From positions 13,735 to 77,734 of the forward strand of contig JAMPIC010000005.1 in NCBI GenBank assembly GCA_023663025.1: a DNA stretch of 64,000 nucleotides, read 5' to 3'. Every line of letters starts with the position of its first letter. The stretch's first letter is position 1. The position numbers were made by a program, and so were the translations under genes. Origin of the DNA: Prevotella sp. (GTDB taxonomy: Bacteria > Bacillota > Clostridia > Oscillospirales > Ruminococcaceae). Positions 17,693-28,609 of this stretch are shown here, one piece after another. The notes beneath the pieces are model-generated. The model saw nothing but the letters and a program-made list of their open reading frames with translations. It was not told the origin of the DNA and made no database searches.

Positions 17693-18994
17693 ATGCTGAC
17701 GGTCGCGCAATTACAGAGGAGTGCAAAACTGGCTTGGTTCCTGAATGAGATTGACAAAAACTGCAATGAATATCTTCCCGATGTTTCAAGTGAGATACAG
17801 AAGCTTATAAATACCGTATATGAGGAATGTTATATCGGTATGGTCGAGGCGGTAAATCAAGCGCATGACTTGTCGGCGCTGAGGGTGCGCCCCGAGGTAA
17901 TGAAATCGGCAATCGCGAACAATATTGAAAAGCTGACCTTGCCCGCGCTGCTTGAAAAGAACCGCAAGGAGATAGTATACGAAATCAAGCAGACGGTAAG
18001 CATAGGACTTATGAACGGCGAGCGGTACGAAACAATGTCCCGAAAGCTTGTTGACAGGCTTGATTTCAGCTATGGCAAGGCAAACAATGTTGTGCGTACA
18101 GAAACGCACAGAAACATTGAGGCGGGCTTAATGGACGGCGCAGCGGAAACGCAGAAAGCCTTGTTGGGCAGCGGACTGGTACATACCGCGATATGGCGCA
18201 CAATGGAGGACGAACGCGTCAGACCGCAGAGGCGTTATCATACAAAAACGGGCTGGAAAACCAAAACCGCAGGCAAGGCAAATCATATGAAAATGGAAGG
18301 TGTGGCAATAATCGTCGGCGATAAGTTCAAATTAGAGCCGAATGTGTACGCGCCCTGTCCCGGAATGAGCGGTACGGCAAGAAACGACTGCAATTGCCGC
18401 TGCTTTCTTGAATACGACCTGCTTACGCTTGACGAATGGGCGGCATTGCCGAATAAACAGGAAAATTTCCTGTCGGCGAAAAGTCTTGACAAATCGGGGG
18501 AAAGTGGTATAATAGGGGTAAGGAGTGATAAAGTGACGATTTCAGCCATTGAACAGCCGATAGAGCAGCAGCACACCGGCAAGGGCAACCCAAACGCGAT
18601 TTTGACATTCGACGCTCCGCTTAACAGCAGACAGCAGAAACTGCTTGAACAGCTTAGCGAATTTGACAGCAAGATAATTGTACCTAAAAAATCGGTTAAT
18701 ATGGCGGATTTATCTGCACTCACCGCTAAAACGGGCGACGAGTTTGCTATGTTTACCAAAGGCGGCGAACGGCTTATTATCCGAGGAAACAATGTAATGG
18801 TAAACATAGGTAAAGAGGACGCGCAGGAACTGGCTGAACAGGGCTACAAGTGGAGCGGACATACTCACCCGGGAGTTGACGAAAATTGTTTGCTCCCATC
18901 TGGCGGTGATAAGGGTATATTACAGTGCTTTAATCAAGAAATCAGCGTTATATATAATTCAAAGGGCAACCGCCAAACGTTTGAAAAGGAGTGA
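17693..18994 (+). CDS. Phage head-morphogenesis protein (MuF / SPP1 gp7 family) with a ~190-aa C-terminal extension bearing a JAMM-like motif
   Basis: MuF core: KANNVVRTETHRNIEAGLMDG...WRTMEDERVRPQRRYH...NDCNCRCFLEYDL. The C-terminal extension ends ...TGDEFAMFTKGGERLIIRG...GYKWSGHTHPGVDENCLLPSGGDKGIL (E...HxH-x10-SxxD). Confidence 0.85.
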   Translation: MLTVAQLQRSAKLAWFLNEIDKNCNEYLPDVSSEIQKLINTVYEECYIGMVEAVNQAHDLSALRVRPEVMKSAIANNIEKLTLPALLEKNRKEIVYEIKQTVSIGLMNGERYETMSRKLVDRLDFSYGKANNVVRTETHRNIEAGLMDGAAETQKALLGSGLVHTAIWRTMEDERVRPQRRYHTKTGWKTKTAGKANHMKMEGVAIIVGDKFKLEPNVYAPCPGMSGTARNDCNCRCFLEYDLLTLDEWAALPNKQENFLSAKSLDKSGESGIIGVRSDKVTISAIEQPIEQQHTGKGNPNAILTFDAPLNSRQQKLLEQLSEFDSKIIVPKKSVNMADLSALTAKTGDEFAMFTKGGERLIIRGNNVMVNIGKEDAQELAEQGYKWSGHTHPGVDENCLLPSGGDKGILQCFNQEISVIYNSKGNRQTFEKE

Positions 18995-18998
18995 TATT

Positions 18999-19256
18999 AT
19001 GTGCAAATTATTTGATGAGTGGTCTCCGCAGATTGAAAAATTCTGCAATGAAAACGGTTTTGACTTTGAAAAGGCTAAGAAATTATCGAAAAGCTGGGGA
19101 AAAGACAATTTAGCTTTGCAGCACTACGACCCCGAAAAGGGTAAAATGGGACTGCGCGACGAAACACCTATGCCGCTTGTGCTGCGGATTAAGAAAAACC
19201 CCGATGACACTCTTGAATTTGTTCAGACTGAATACACGAAAAAGTATCTTGTGTAA
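18999..19256 (+). CDS. Hypothetical 85-aa protein, candidate immunity partner of the MuF C-terminal domain
   Basis: The ATG lies 4 nt after the MuF stop and GGAG is upstream. A terminator hairpin follows (AACCGC...GCGGTTTTG, 19268-19299). The function is inferred from position only. Confidence 0.45.
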   Translation: MCKLFDEWSPQIEKFCNENGFDFEKAKKLSKSWGKDNLALQHYDPEKGKMGLRDETPMPLVLRIKKNPDDTLEFVQTEYTKKYLV

Positions 19257-19468
19257 AAATGATATTTAACCGCTTTGAGTTTTCAAGGCGGTTTTGTTTA
19301 TTACTTTGACATAATAAAAAGCAATATACTTTGTGCATTATGTCAATGGAAAAAGTTGCTTTATAATGATACAATTATAACATTTATTGTATACGAATCA
19401 GTATTTATGTCGTTTATTATTACACGAATTAAAAAATAAATTATGTTATATTTTATTCTGATGAAAGA

Positions 19469-19861
19469 GTGAGTGTATTGGTAGAATTTCATGCATGGAT
19501 AACAATACGTCAATCATATTTAAATATTGATGAAGATGACTGTGAATTACAGCGTATTATTTTAAATATTAAAAGAAAAATAAAGGGCAGTATTGCATCA
19601 TTGGTTATAAAAAATGGAGAGTATTGTTTAACAGCACATTCATATTCCAATCATTTGTCTAAAGAATATGAAGAATTTTTTGAAATTGTTGATTTTGTTC
19701 AAAAAGTTGCGGTAGGGAGCTATGGTGTAATATATATATATGATGACGAAAAGTTGGATAAAAATAATTTGTTTCAAGTATATGTCATTAAAAAAGGAAA
19801 ATTACAGATATTGGATGATGTGTATTTATCTCCATTTATACCTGAAGTAGAGGAAAAATAA
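19469..19861 (+). CDS. AT-rich hypothetical 130-aa protein, possible orphan immunity protein
   Basis: The N-terminus (M)SVLVEFHAWITIRQSYLNIDEDD is, from memory, like an immunity-protein family of polymorphic toxin loci (Imm7-like). I have not verified this. Confidence 0.4.
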   Translation: MSVLVEFHAWITIRQSYLNIDEDDCELQRIILNIKRKIKGSIASLVIKNGEYCLTAHSYSNHLSKEYEEFFEIVDFVQKVAVGSYGVIYIYDDEKLDKNNLFQVYVIKKGKLQILDDVYLSPFIPEVEEK

Positions 19862-20235
19862 TATTTTATAACAAAACATTATTTTTGGCAGACTAATAAT
19901 TCTTGACACAATTCTTAATGGTCTTGAAAGCATGTAATTTCCAAAAAACAATTTGTCTTTAAGTGTAGCTCTTGAATTTCTCTTCGGGGTCATATTTTAA
20001 AAATTGTTTCAATAAATTTGTAACTTTCTACAAACTTTTAAAAACTGTGGGAAAATCACACAAAGATAATCTTTATATGAACAAGGTATACAACTGATAC
20101 AAAGTTGTATACCTTGTTTTTGTATATTTTGTTTGAGAGAATAACGCAACTCCTTGCCGTTATCAACCGTGAAGCTCTTTTTCAGTTTTCCGAAATCTTC
20201 TCAAACGCCGCAATAGGTAACAAGCAGGTAACAAA

Positions 20236-20499
20236 TCAAGGAAGTAAATCTATCGCTTTTCGCAGTTCTGCGACGTCTTTATGGGTGTAAACTTTATCGG
20301 TTATATTCGTCGAAGAATGCCCCATTAATCTTTGAATGCACACTTTATTCATACCGTAATTGTCCGCGCGTGTGGCGAATGTATGTCTGCAACCGTGCGG
20401 ACTGTGTTTCATTCCGTGTTTTTCGCACACCGCGTCAAAATATTTTCGGTACATTGTATATGAATTTGACGGTATTATAGCAGATCTACAAAATAACAC
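20236..20499 (-). pseudogene. Tyrosine integrase, C-terminal fragment only
   Basis: HGCRHTFATRADNYGMNKVCIQRLMGHSSTNITDKVYTH contains the HxxR and terminal GH...Y catalytic boxes. The roughly 250-300 N-terminal residues are absent. Confidence 0.8.
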
Positions 20500-20604
20500 A
20501 TTTTTGTAGGGGCGGATTCCATATCCGCCCGCCGTGAACTCCCTTTTTCTTTTCTTGATTTCTCATAATATGCGCTTGTGGGCACAGCAGTTTCCCTCTC
20601 CGGC

Positions 20605-20633
20605 TTGACAAATGTTAAAATTTATATTATAAT
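20605..20633 (+). promoter_or_regulatory. Sigma-70 (sigA) type promoter
   Basis: TTGACA (20605-20610), a 17-nt spacer, then TATAAT (20628-20633), about 38 nt upstream of the CPBP gene ATG. Confidence 0.55.
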
Positions 20634-20670
20634 GATGTAAAGTTTTTTTGTTTTCCCGAAAGGAGCTTTT

Positions 20671-21699
20671 ATGGAACAATATTACACTGCGCCCGCGCCG
20701 CCCGCTCCGGTCAGCGTCAAACCCGATAAGGAAGAACGCAGACTGATACGGAAAAAATATAACCTGACCGCCGCCGTACTTCTGATAAATATTTTTATTT
20801 TCAACGGTCTTGCCATCGGCAGCGGAATATTCAGCAATTCCCCCGTTTGGAACGACGAGTTTTTCAGTACGGCGTTCTCCTGCTGCGTACCGATATTAAG
20901 CGAGACCGCCGCAATAATCGCCGGCTTAAAGTTTCTTAATATAGACTTCAAGCCCTTGGCGACGCTGAACGGCTTTAACGGCGGTACGATATTCAAGCTT
21001 GTTACGCTGGCTGTCGGTTTGCAGACGTCCGCGTCGATCATCGCCGCGATCGTGGCTTATGTACTTGAAATGTTCGGTATCAAACCCGCAGCCGTGGATC
21101 TGTCGGCGACATCGTCCCTGCCCGCAAATCTGCTTATGTACTTCTACGCCTGCCTGCTCGGACCCGTTCTGGAGGAGCTTTTGTACCGCGGCATACTTTT
21201 GCAGTCCATGAGAAAATACAACGAAAAATTCGCGATTTTTCTGTCCGCGCTGATATTCGGACTTATGCACCAGAATTATCAGCAGTTCATACTCGGTTTC
21301 CTGATAGGCATACCGCTTGCCGTGGTAACGATAAAGAGCGGCTCCATCGTTCCGGCGATTTTCACGCACATTATCGTGAATACGAGCGGAATGTTTTTCA
21401 ACTGCTGGATGCAGTATTCCGATCCGGATTTTTTCAATTCCGCGCTTAAAGGAACAACGGACGCGGTGAACTCCCTCGATATTTCGGCGGCGGTTGTCGT
21501 TACCGTGCTGTTCAGATTTGCGGTTATGATCGCGGCGGCTATCGTGGGAATAATCATACTCGTCAAGGGAGGCAATATGAGTCGTCCCACCCCTGCTGGA
21601 AAAGCTCGCGCAATGCCGATTTTGGTTACATCGGTTCTGTGGTGGGCAGTATTTATACTGTATGCGGTTCTTAACTTTGTGCTGCCTTTTATCGGATAA
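20671..21699 (+). CDS. CPBP family intramembrane glutamic endopeptidase (CAAX protease/Abi-like)
   Basis: Polytopic protein with the motifs PVLEELLYRG, FGLMHQ and FTHIIVN, which are the EExxxR / FxxxH / HxxxN triad of CPBP proteases. Confidence 0.85.
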   Translation: MEQYYTAPAPPAPVSVKPDKEERRLIRKKYNLTAAVLLINIFIFNGLAIGSGIFSNSPVWNDEFFSTAFSCCVPILSETAAIIAGLKFLNIDFKPLATLNGFNGGTIFKLVTLAVGLQTSASIIAAIVAYVLEMFGIKPAAVDLSATSSLPANLLMYFYACLLGPVLEELLYRGILLQSMRKYNEKFAIFLSALIFGLMHQNYQQFILGFLIGIPLAVVTIKSGSIVPAIFTHIIVNTSGMFFNCWMQYSDPDFFNSALKGTTDAVNSLDISAAVVVTVLFRFAVMIAAAIVGIIILVKGGNMSRPTPAGKARAMPILVTSVLWWAVFILYAVLNFVLPFIG

Positions 21700-21807
21700 C
21701 GTTTTTAAATCCCCCGCCGAGAACCGTTCTCTGCGGGGGTATTTCTGCTGTTTGGCAATTTATAAAAAAATACGGGAGACAGCCTTGCTGTCTCCCGTAA
21801 AATATTT

Positions 21808-23196
21808 TTAACTCTTGCTCTTGATGTATTCGTCCATAGCCTTTGCGGCGGTCTTTCCCGCGCCCATTGCAAGAATTACCGTAGCCGCGCCCGTTACCGC
21901 GTCCCCGCCGGCGTAAACGCCCTCGCGGGAGGTAAGACCGTTCTCGTCCGCGACGAAGCAGCCGCGGCGGTTGGTCTCCAAACCCTTGGTGGTGTTCCTG
22001 ATAAGCGGATTGGGGGACGTTCCTATCGACATAACAACGCAGTCAACGTCCAGAACGAACTCGGAGCCTTTCTTCTCCACCGGACTTCTTCTGCCGCTCT
22101 CGTCGGGTTCGCCCAGCTCCATTTCTATGCACTTCATTCCCGTCACAAGCTTGTGCTCGTCGCCGAGTATCTCCACGGGATTGTTAAGGGTCTTGAAGAT
22201 AATGCCCTCCTCCTTGGCGTGCTCGATCTCCTCGTTACGGGCGGGCATTTCCGCTTCGCCGCGGCGGTATACTATGTATACGTTCTCCGCGCCCAGACGT
22301 TTCGCGCAGCGCGCCGCGTCCATAGCAACGTTTCCTCCGCCCACTACCGCGACGTTTTTGGCGTGCTGAATAGGCATGTCCGCGTTTTCGGTGTAGGCTT
22401 TCATAAGATTTGTACGGGTCAGGAACTCGTTCGCCGAGTACACGCCCTTCAGGTTCTCGCCGGGGATACCCATAAATCTGGGCAGACCCGCTCCCGAACC
22501 GATGAAGACAGCTTCAAAGCCTTGCTCGAAAAGCTCGTCCACGGTGATCGTCCTGCCTACGACGATATTGGTGTTCACCGTTACGCCGAGAGCCTTAAGT
22601 CCCTCGATCTCTTTTTGGACGATAGCCTTGGGCAGACGGAACTCGGGTATGCCGTACACCAGAACTCCTCCCGCAAGGTGGAGAGCCTCGAACACAGTCA
22701 CCTCATAGCCCAGACGGGCAAGGTCTCCCGCGCAGGTAAGACCGGCGGGTCCCGCTCCTATAACCGCAGCCTTGTGACCGTTGGGAGCCGGCTTTTTAAC
22801 CTCGGCGGAGCTGTGCTCGTTGTGCCAGTCGGCGACAAAACGCTCCAGTCTGCCGATACCCACGGGATCGCCCTTGATGCCGCGGACGCATTTTCCCTCG
22901 CACTGCGTCTCCTGGGGACATACCCGTCCGCACACAGCCGGCAGGGAGCTTGACGCGCTTATGATATCGTAAGCTCCGTCGAAGTCCTCAGCCTTTACCT
23001 TTTGGATAAACGCGGGGATATCTATATTTACGGGACAGCCGCTCACACAGGGCTTGTTTTTGCAGTTAAGGCACCTGTCCGCCTCGTCCACGGCGGTCTC
23101 TTTGGAGTAGCCGAGAGCCACCTCTTTAAAGTTCTTGTTGCGGACGTTCGGCTCCTGAGCGGGCATTTCATTCTTTTTTAAGGACATATTGGGCAT
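21808..23196 (-). CDS. nfnB: NADPH-dependent glutamate-synthase small-chain-like oxidoreductase (NfnB/SudA type)
   Basis: N-terminal 2x[4Fe-4S] cysteines (CLNCKNKPCVSGCPV...CGRVCPQETQCEGKC) and two Rossmann motifs (VIGAGPAGL, VVGGGNVAMD). Lies directly downstream of the NfnA-like gene. Confidence 0.8.
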   Translation of the reverse strand: MPNMSLKKNEMPAQEPNVRNKNFKEVALGYSKETAVDEADRCLNCKNKPCVSGCPVNIDIPAFIQKVKAEDFDGAYDIISASSSLPAVCGRVCPQETQCEGKCVRGIKGDPVGIGRLERFVADWHNEHSSAEVKKPAPNGHKAAVIGAGPAGLTCAGDLARLGYEVTVFEALHLAGGVLVYGIPEFRLPKAIVQKEIEGLKALGVTVNTNIVVGRTITVDELFEQGFEAVFIGSGAGLPRFMGIPGENLKGVYSANEFLTRTNLMKAYTENADMPIQHAKNVAVVGGGNVAMDAARCAKRLGAENVYIVYRRGEAEMPARNEEIEHAKEEGIIFKTLNNPVEILGDEHKLVTGMKCIEMELGEPDESGRRSPVEKKGSEFVLDVDCVVMSIGTSPNPLIRNTTKGLETNRRGCFVADENGLTSREGVYAGGDAVTGAATVILAMGAGKTAAKAMDEYIKSKS

Positions 23197-23197
23197 T

Positions 23198-24040
23198 TCA
23201 GTTTACCTCCTTTTTGAAGAGATTGCAGACTTCCTCGTGCTTTTGGCGTTCAAAGGACTTGTACATGGCGCTGCGTTCCATAGCCTCGTCGAAGTCCACA
23301 AGATGTCCGTCAAAGTCGGGACCGTCAACGCAGGCGAACTTGGTCTCCCCGCCCACGGTGAGGCGGCAGCCGCCGCACATTCCCGTACCGTCTATCATGA
23401 TCGGGTTCATGGAAACAACGGTCTTTATACCGTACTGCTTTGTCAGCGCGCACACGAATTTCATCATTATCAGCGGACCTATGGCGATCACCTCGTCGTA
23501 CTTCCCGCCGCTTTCGATAAGCTGCTTAAGAGCGTCGGTAACAAGACCCTTTGTGCCGTAAGAACCGTCGTCGGTCATCATGCAGAGCTTGTCGGAGACA
23601 TTGCCGAATTCCTCTTCAAGGATAACAAGGTCTTTGTTTCTGAAGCCCACGACGGAATGCACCTCGCAGCCTAAATTGTGGAGCTTCTTGGCGATGGGGT
23701 ACGCGATCGCGCAGCCAACGCCGCCGCCCACAACGGCGACCTTTTTCAGCCCGTCGGTATGGGATTCGACTCCGAGAGGTCCCACAAAATCCTGTATGAA
23801 GTCTCCCTCGTTCTTTTGATTAAGCTTTTCCGTGGTAGCCCCCACTATCTGGAAGATGATCGTTACCGTACCCTTGTCCCTGTCGAAATCCGCCACGGTG
23901 AGAGGGATACGCTCGCCGTTTTCGTCCACCCTGAGAATGATGAACTGACCCGGCTCGGCTTTTTTTGCGACCATGGGCGCGTCGATGTCCATAAGAGTGA
24001 CTGTGGGGTTAAGCGATTTTTTTCTTACAATTTTATACAT
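23198..24040 (-). CDS. nfnA: Ferredoxin-NADP+ reductase-like FAD/NAD-binding subunit with a C-terminal [2Fe-2S] (NfnA/SudB type)
   Basis: FAD-binding barrel FIILRVDENGERIPLTV, NAD motif VVGGGVGCA and a C-terminal MCGGCR...CVDGP cluster. There is a 1-nt gap to the next gene. Confidence 0.8.
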   Translation of the reverse strand: MYKIVRKKSLNPTVTLMDIDAPMVAKKAEPGQFIILRVDENGERIPLTVADFDRDKGTVTIIFQIVGATTEKLNQKNEGDFIQDFVGPLGVESHTDGLKKVAVVGGGVGCAIAYPIAKKLHNLGCEVHSVVGFRNKDLVILEEEFGNVSDKLCMMTDDGSYGTKGLVTDALKQLIESGGKYDEVIAIGPLIMMKFVCALTKQYGIKTVVSMNPIMIDGTGMCGGCRLTVGGETKFACVDGPDFDGHLVDFDEAMERSAMYKSFERQKHEEVCNLFKKEVN

Positions 24041-24117
24041 TATCTCATTCCTTTGCTGTAATTTTATCAGTGAAGAAGCAAGGGGCAGGAGACGCCGCCC
24101 CTTGCCTGCGAACCGTT

Positions 24118-24918
24118 TTACGGTCTGAGACCCATACCGCCCTCAAGGGTGATGGTCTCGCCCGTCATATACTTGAAGTCGGGAGAAGCAAGCTGTACGC
24201 ACACTCTGCCTATCTCCAGCTCGGAGTTTCCGTAGTGACCCATGGGAGGCATATGCACGTTAGCCTTGAAAGCGTCGGGATAATTGTCCTGGAACTGTTC
24301 GAGCTGAGCCGTCCAAGCCAGAGGGCATACTATATTGACGTTTATGCCGTCCTTGCCCCACTCGGTAGCCGCAACTCTCGTAAGACCGCGTATACCCTCC
24401 TTTGCGGCTGCGTAGGAGCACTGACCGAAGTTGCCGAAAAGTCCCGCGCCCGAAGCAAAGTTGATAACCGTACCCTTTGTCTCTTTAAGATAGGGGTAGC
24501 AGGCTTTCATATAGTAGAACGTTGCGTAAAGTCCCGAATAAAGAGCGAGGTTGAACTGCTCGGTGGTATGCTCCGCAAGGGTAACGCCCGAAGCGGACGC
24601 CTGCGCGTTGTTGATGAGCACGTCTATTCTGCCGAAAGCTTCTACAGTTTTGTCGATAACATTTTTTACCACGGCTTCGTTGTCGCTGCCATCGCTCACG
24701 TCCGCCCGAACGGTAAGAACCTTTATGCCGTACAGTCTTTCAAGCTCTTCCTTTGCGTCGTCGAGCTTCTTCACGTTGCGTCCCGTAATGACGATATTTG
24801 CGCCCTCCTTGGCGTAAGCGGCGGCTATGCCGTAGCCGATCGAGCCGCAGCTTCCGTCCTTGAGGACGGCTCTGCCCGCTCCCGTGATAATGGCGGTTTT
24901 ACCTGTAAGATGACCCAT
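24118..24918 (-). CDS. SDR family oxidoreductase
   Basis: TGKTAIITGAG...NNAQ...YAAAKEG (YxxxK). Confidence 0.85.
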   Translation of the reverse strand: MGHLTGKTAIITGAGRAVLKDGSCGSIGYGIAAAYAKEGANIVITGRNVKKLDDAKEELERLYGIKVLTVRADVSDGSDNEAVVKNVIDKTVEAFGRIDVLINNAQASASGVTLAEHTTEQFNLALYSGLYATFYYMKACYPYLKETKGTVINFASGAGLFGNFGQCSYAAAKEGIRGLTRVAATEWGKDGINVNIVCPLAWTAQLEQFQDNYPDAFKANVHMPPMGHYGNSELEIGRVCVQLASPDFKYMTGETITLEGGMGLRP

Positions 24919-25032
24919 TTAATACCATTCCTTTCTATTTTGTACGGAAAAATTTTCCGCAAAATTTAACAAAACAAACAAAAAAACAAGTATTTTCCTG
25001 TGACAATTCATACAACATATATTATAACCCTA

Positions 25033-25791
25033 TTAAGCGGGATTGTCAAGAGTTAAACAATATAAAAAACTGTTCCCTTTTTTTCCGACCCGCGAGACCG
25101 CACCCGCTGCTGTCAGGACGTTCAGCATATAGGATGCGAAGCTCCTGCCCGCGCCGCTCAGCGAACCGAATTCGGAGGAAGTAAACTCCTCCGGAAGTCC
25201 TCGGGGAATAAAATATTCCCAATCCCGCAGACAGTCTATATGTATCTCGTCGGCAAGCTCCAGCGGTATCCTGTCGTACCGCACATATCCCCTCCGTCTG
25301 CCCCGTTTCAGACCCTCCGTTTCGGGAGGACGACGGTATTCCTCCACGTCCAGCATAACAATGCACAGGCGGAAATTCTCATGGCTCAGGAACTCCTTTA
25401 TCTTATACAGCTCCGGAAAAACGTCCCAAGGCTCGCCCTTTGCGGGGGACTTGCGCTTTCTGCCCCGCTCGCCGGTTTCGGGGTCTATGGAAATTATCCA
25501 CTTCTGCCGCGCTATGGGGTAGACCACCGTTACTCTGCCGACGGATAAAAATGCTTCAAGCTTTTTCCTTAATCTGGAGAAGTCACGGGTTTGTATCTCG
25601 ATAATGCCGTCCTCGCCGACGATGTCCGCAACGAAGCCGCCCACCCTGTTTTCGTGGCTGTCGGCGTAAGGCTCGAAGTAATTTTTCAGAACCGCGTGGA
25701 CGGTCTTTTCGCCGTAGGTGCCTATTCCCGCGCGGACGTGTTCGCCGTTCAGAACCTTGTCCCGCGCTTCGTAAAATCTCTGCCTGTCCAT
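25033..25791 (-). CDS. Conserved hypothetical protein, PD-(D/E)XK nuclease-like N-terminal domain (tentative)
   Basis: GEKTVHAVLKNY...GGFVADIVGEDGIIEIQTRDFSRLRKKL suggests a D...E-x-Q/K restriction-endonuclease-like core. The remainder is uncharacterised. Confidence 0.45.
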   Translation of the reverse strand: MDRQRFYEARDKVLNGEHVRAGIGTYGEKTVHAVLKNYFEPYADSHENRVGGFVADIVGEDGIIEIQTRDFSRLRKKLEAFLSVGRVTVVYPIARQKWIISIDPETGERGRKRKSPAKGEPWDVFPELYKIKEFLSHENFRLCIVMLDVEEYRRPPETEGLKRGRRRGYVRYDRIPLELADEIHIDCLRDWEYFIPRGLPEEFTSSEFGSLSGAGRSFASYMLNVLTAAGAVSRVGKKGNSFLYCLTLDNPA

Positions 25792-25925
25792 ATGCGTATC
25801 CTCCTTTCGTCAGATTATATCATATTTTCCGCATATAATCAATAAAACCGTGAAAACAAAAAAATCCCCCGACAAAAGGCTGAACACGGTAAAGAAGTAT
25901 TTTAAAATTTTGAGAAAGGCTGCAA

Positions 25926-27605
<1,680 letters not shown>

Positions 27606-27701
27606 TTATACCACATCTTATTTTAAAATTCAATATGGTAAATTGCTAAATTTTATCTGACTTTTTTGACATAATCCGCTAATTTGCCGATTATATCAAA
27701 T

Positions 27702-27866
27702 TTATGCTGACCTTTGAATTTCCTTTCTTATTAACCTTGCGAGAATGTCTTTCAGGCTTTCGCCGTTTAAATTGAATTTGGTAACTACTTCGTATGTAGT
27801 GTACCCTATTTTGTATTTTGTAACTTCCTTTGGTGTATAGGTATTTATATATCCATTTCTAATCAT
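27702..27866 (-). CDS. TnpW-like small transposon protein (54 aa)
   Basis: MIRNGYINTYTPKEVTKYKIGYTTYEVVTKFNLNGESLKDILARLIRKEI matches the 'IG.T.Y.V...F......l.d.l.RLi..E' pattern of small proteins found beside TnpX-type recombinases. RBS GAAAGGAG. Confidence 0.5.
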   Translation of the reverse strand: MIRNGYINTYTPKEVTKYKIGYTTYEVVTKFNLNGESLKDILARLIRKEIQRSA

Positions 27867-27966
27867 TGAACTCCTTTCTGTCAAAGCGGGGTGTGTTCCA
27901 GCGTTTTATCGAACCTCCTTACATTTAAAAATTCACTACAAGGCATAAATATACTTTGTAAAGAAT

Positions 27967-27995
27967 ATTATATTCATTATGCTGAATTTTGTCAA
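27967..27995 (-). promoter_or_regulatory. Consensus sigma-70 promoter driving tnpW and the recombinase
   Basis: The minus strand reads TTGACA (complement of 27990-27995), a 17-nt spacer, then TATAAT (complement of 27967-27972). Confidence 0.55.
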
Positions 27996-28115
27996 GCTTT
28001 TAGAAACAAGTTTACAGAATGTTAATATTTGCCGTTTGTGAGAATTTTCCCGAACGGCGGATACTATGAAATAGTCCTAACCCACTATGACTATTTCCTC
28101 CGTAAATAGTCCTGT

Positions 28116-28200
28116 GGGAAAAACCGTCCTGCGGACGGTTTGGCTGTTCCTCTTGACCCCTATTGCAAAAAATCCTACCGCGTATCGCGATAGGATTTTG
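28116..28200 (-). terminator. Two tandem rho-independent terminators (minus strand)
   Basis: Hairpin 1 is AAACCGTCC-tgc-GGACGGTTT (28121-28141). Hairpin 2 is AAAATCCTAcCGCG-tat-CGCGaTAGGATTTT (28169-28199). Read on the minus strand, each is followed by a run of 5-6 T. Confidence 0.55.
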
Positions 28201-28540
28201 CATTGAATAAGAGCGGTTTTAGGTGAAACCTAAAATTTGGTAAAGGCATATGCACTTTACTGGGTGAAAGTATATGTATACTTTCTATGGCTTGCGAGCC
28301 TATGAAAAAACATTTTAACGGCGAAACCGCACTGCTTACTTAGGCTTTGCCCTAAGTAACGCCATAGTACATATGACATTGCCCTTTAAGGCAATATCAT
28401 ATGTACTGGCGCTCTCCGAGGGCAATATTTGCGGCGGTCTTAGGTGCAGCCGTACCTGCTTAGGTTTTGTCTCAAGTAATTTCATATGTGCAGGTGCTCT
28501 CATAGCGAAAACAGGAAATCAAGTAATGATTTCCTGTAAT
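28201..28540. ncRNA. Candidate structured RNA or long structured 3' UTR (hairpin-dense, ORF-free)
   Basis: No ORF here has an RBS. Perfect or near-perfect hairpins lie at 28217-28235, 28336-28359, 28366-28407 (11+6 bp) and 28511-28537 (11 bp). The region is bounded by minus-strand terminators. Class unknown. Confidence 0.25.
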
Positions 28541-28609
28541 TGCTTCAATATTATTTTTGCCCCATACATTAATTTTTATATTTTTTCGTTGATTAAGATA
28601 TAACTGTAC

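Larger units (their letters stand above)
12350..20530. mobile_element. Decayed prophage remnant (no capsid, tail or lysis genes); boundaries approximate
   Basis: AT-rich edges, an internal tRNA, an intact PBSX-type large terminase, a portal N-terminal stub, a MuF head-morphogenesis gene and a C-terminal integrase fragment at the right edge. The flanks are typical host genes. Confidence 0.7.

Noticed and set aside
28373-28603. A 76-aa Cys-rich ORF inside the hairpin-dense block. I also considered hidden tRNA genes in the block.
   Set aside because: The ORF has no SD and its sequence is dictated by the palindromes. I could fold none of the hairpin units into a cloverleaf with acceptor and T arms, so I make no protein or tRNA call.
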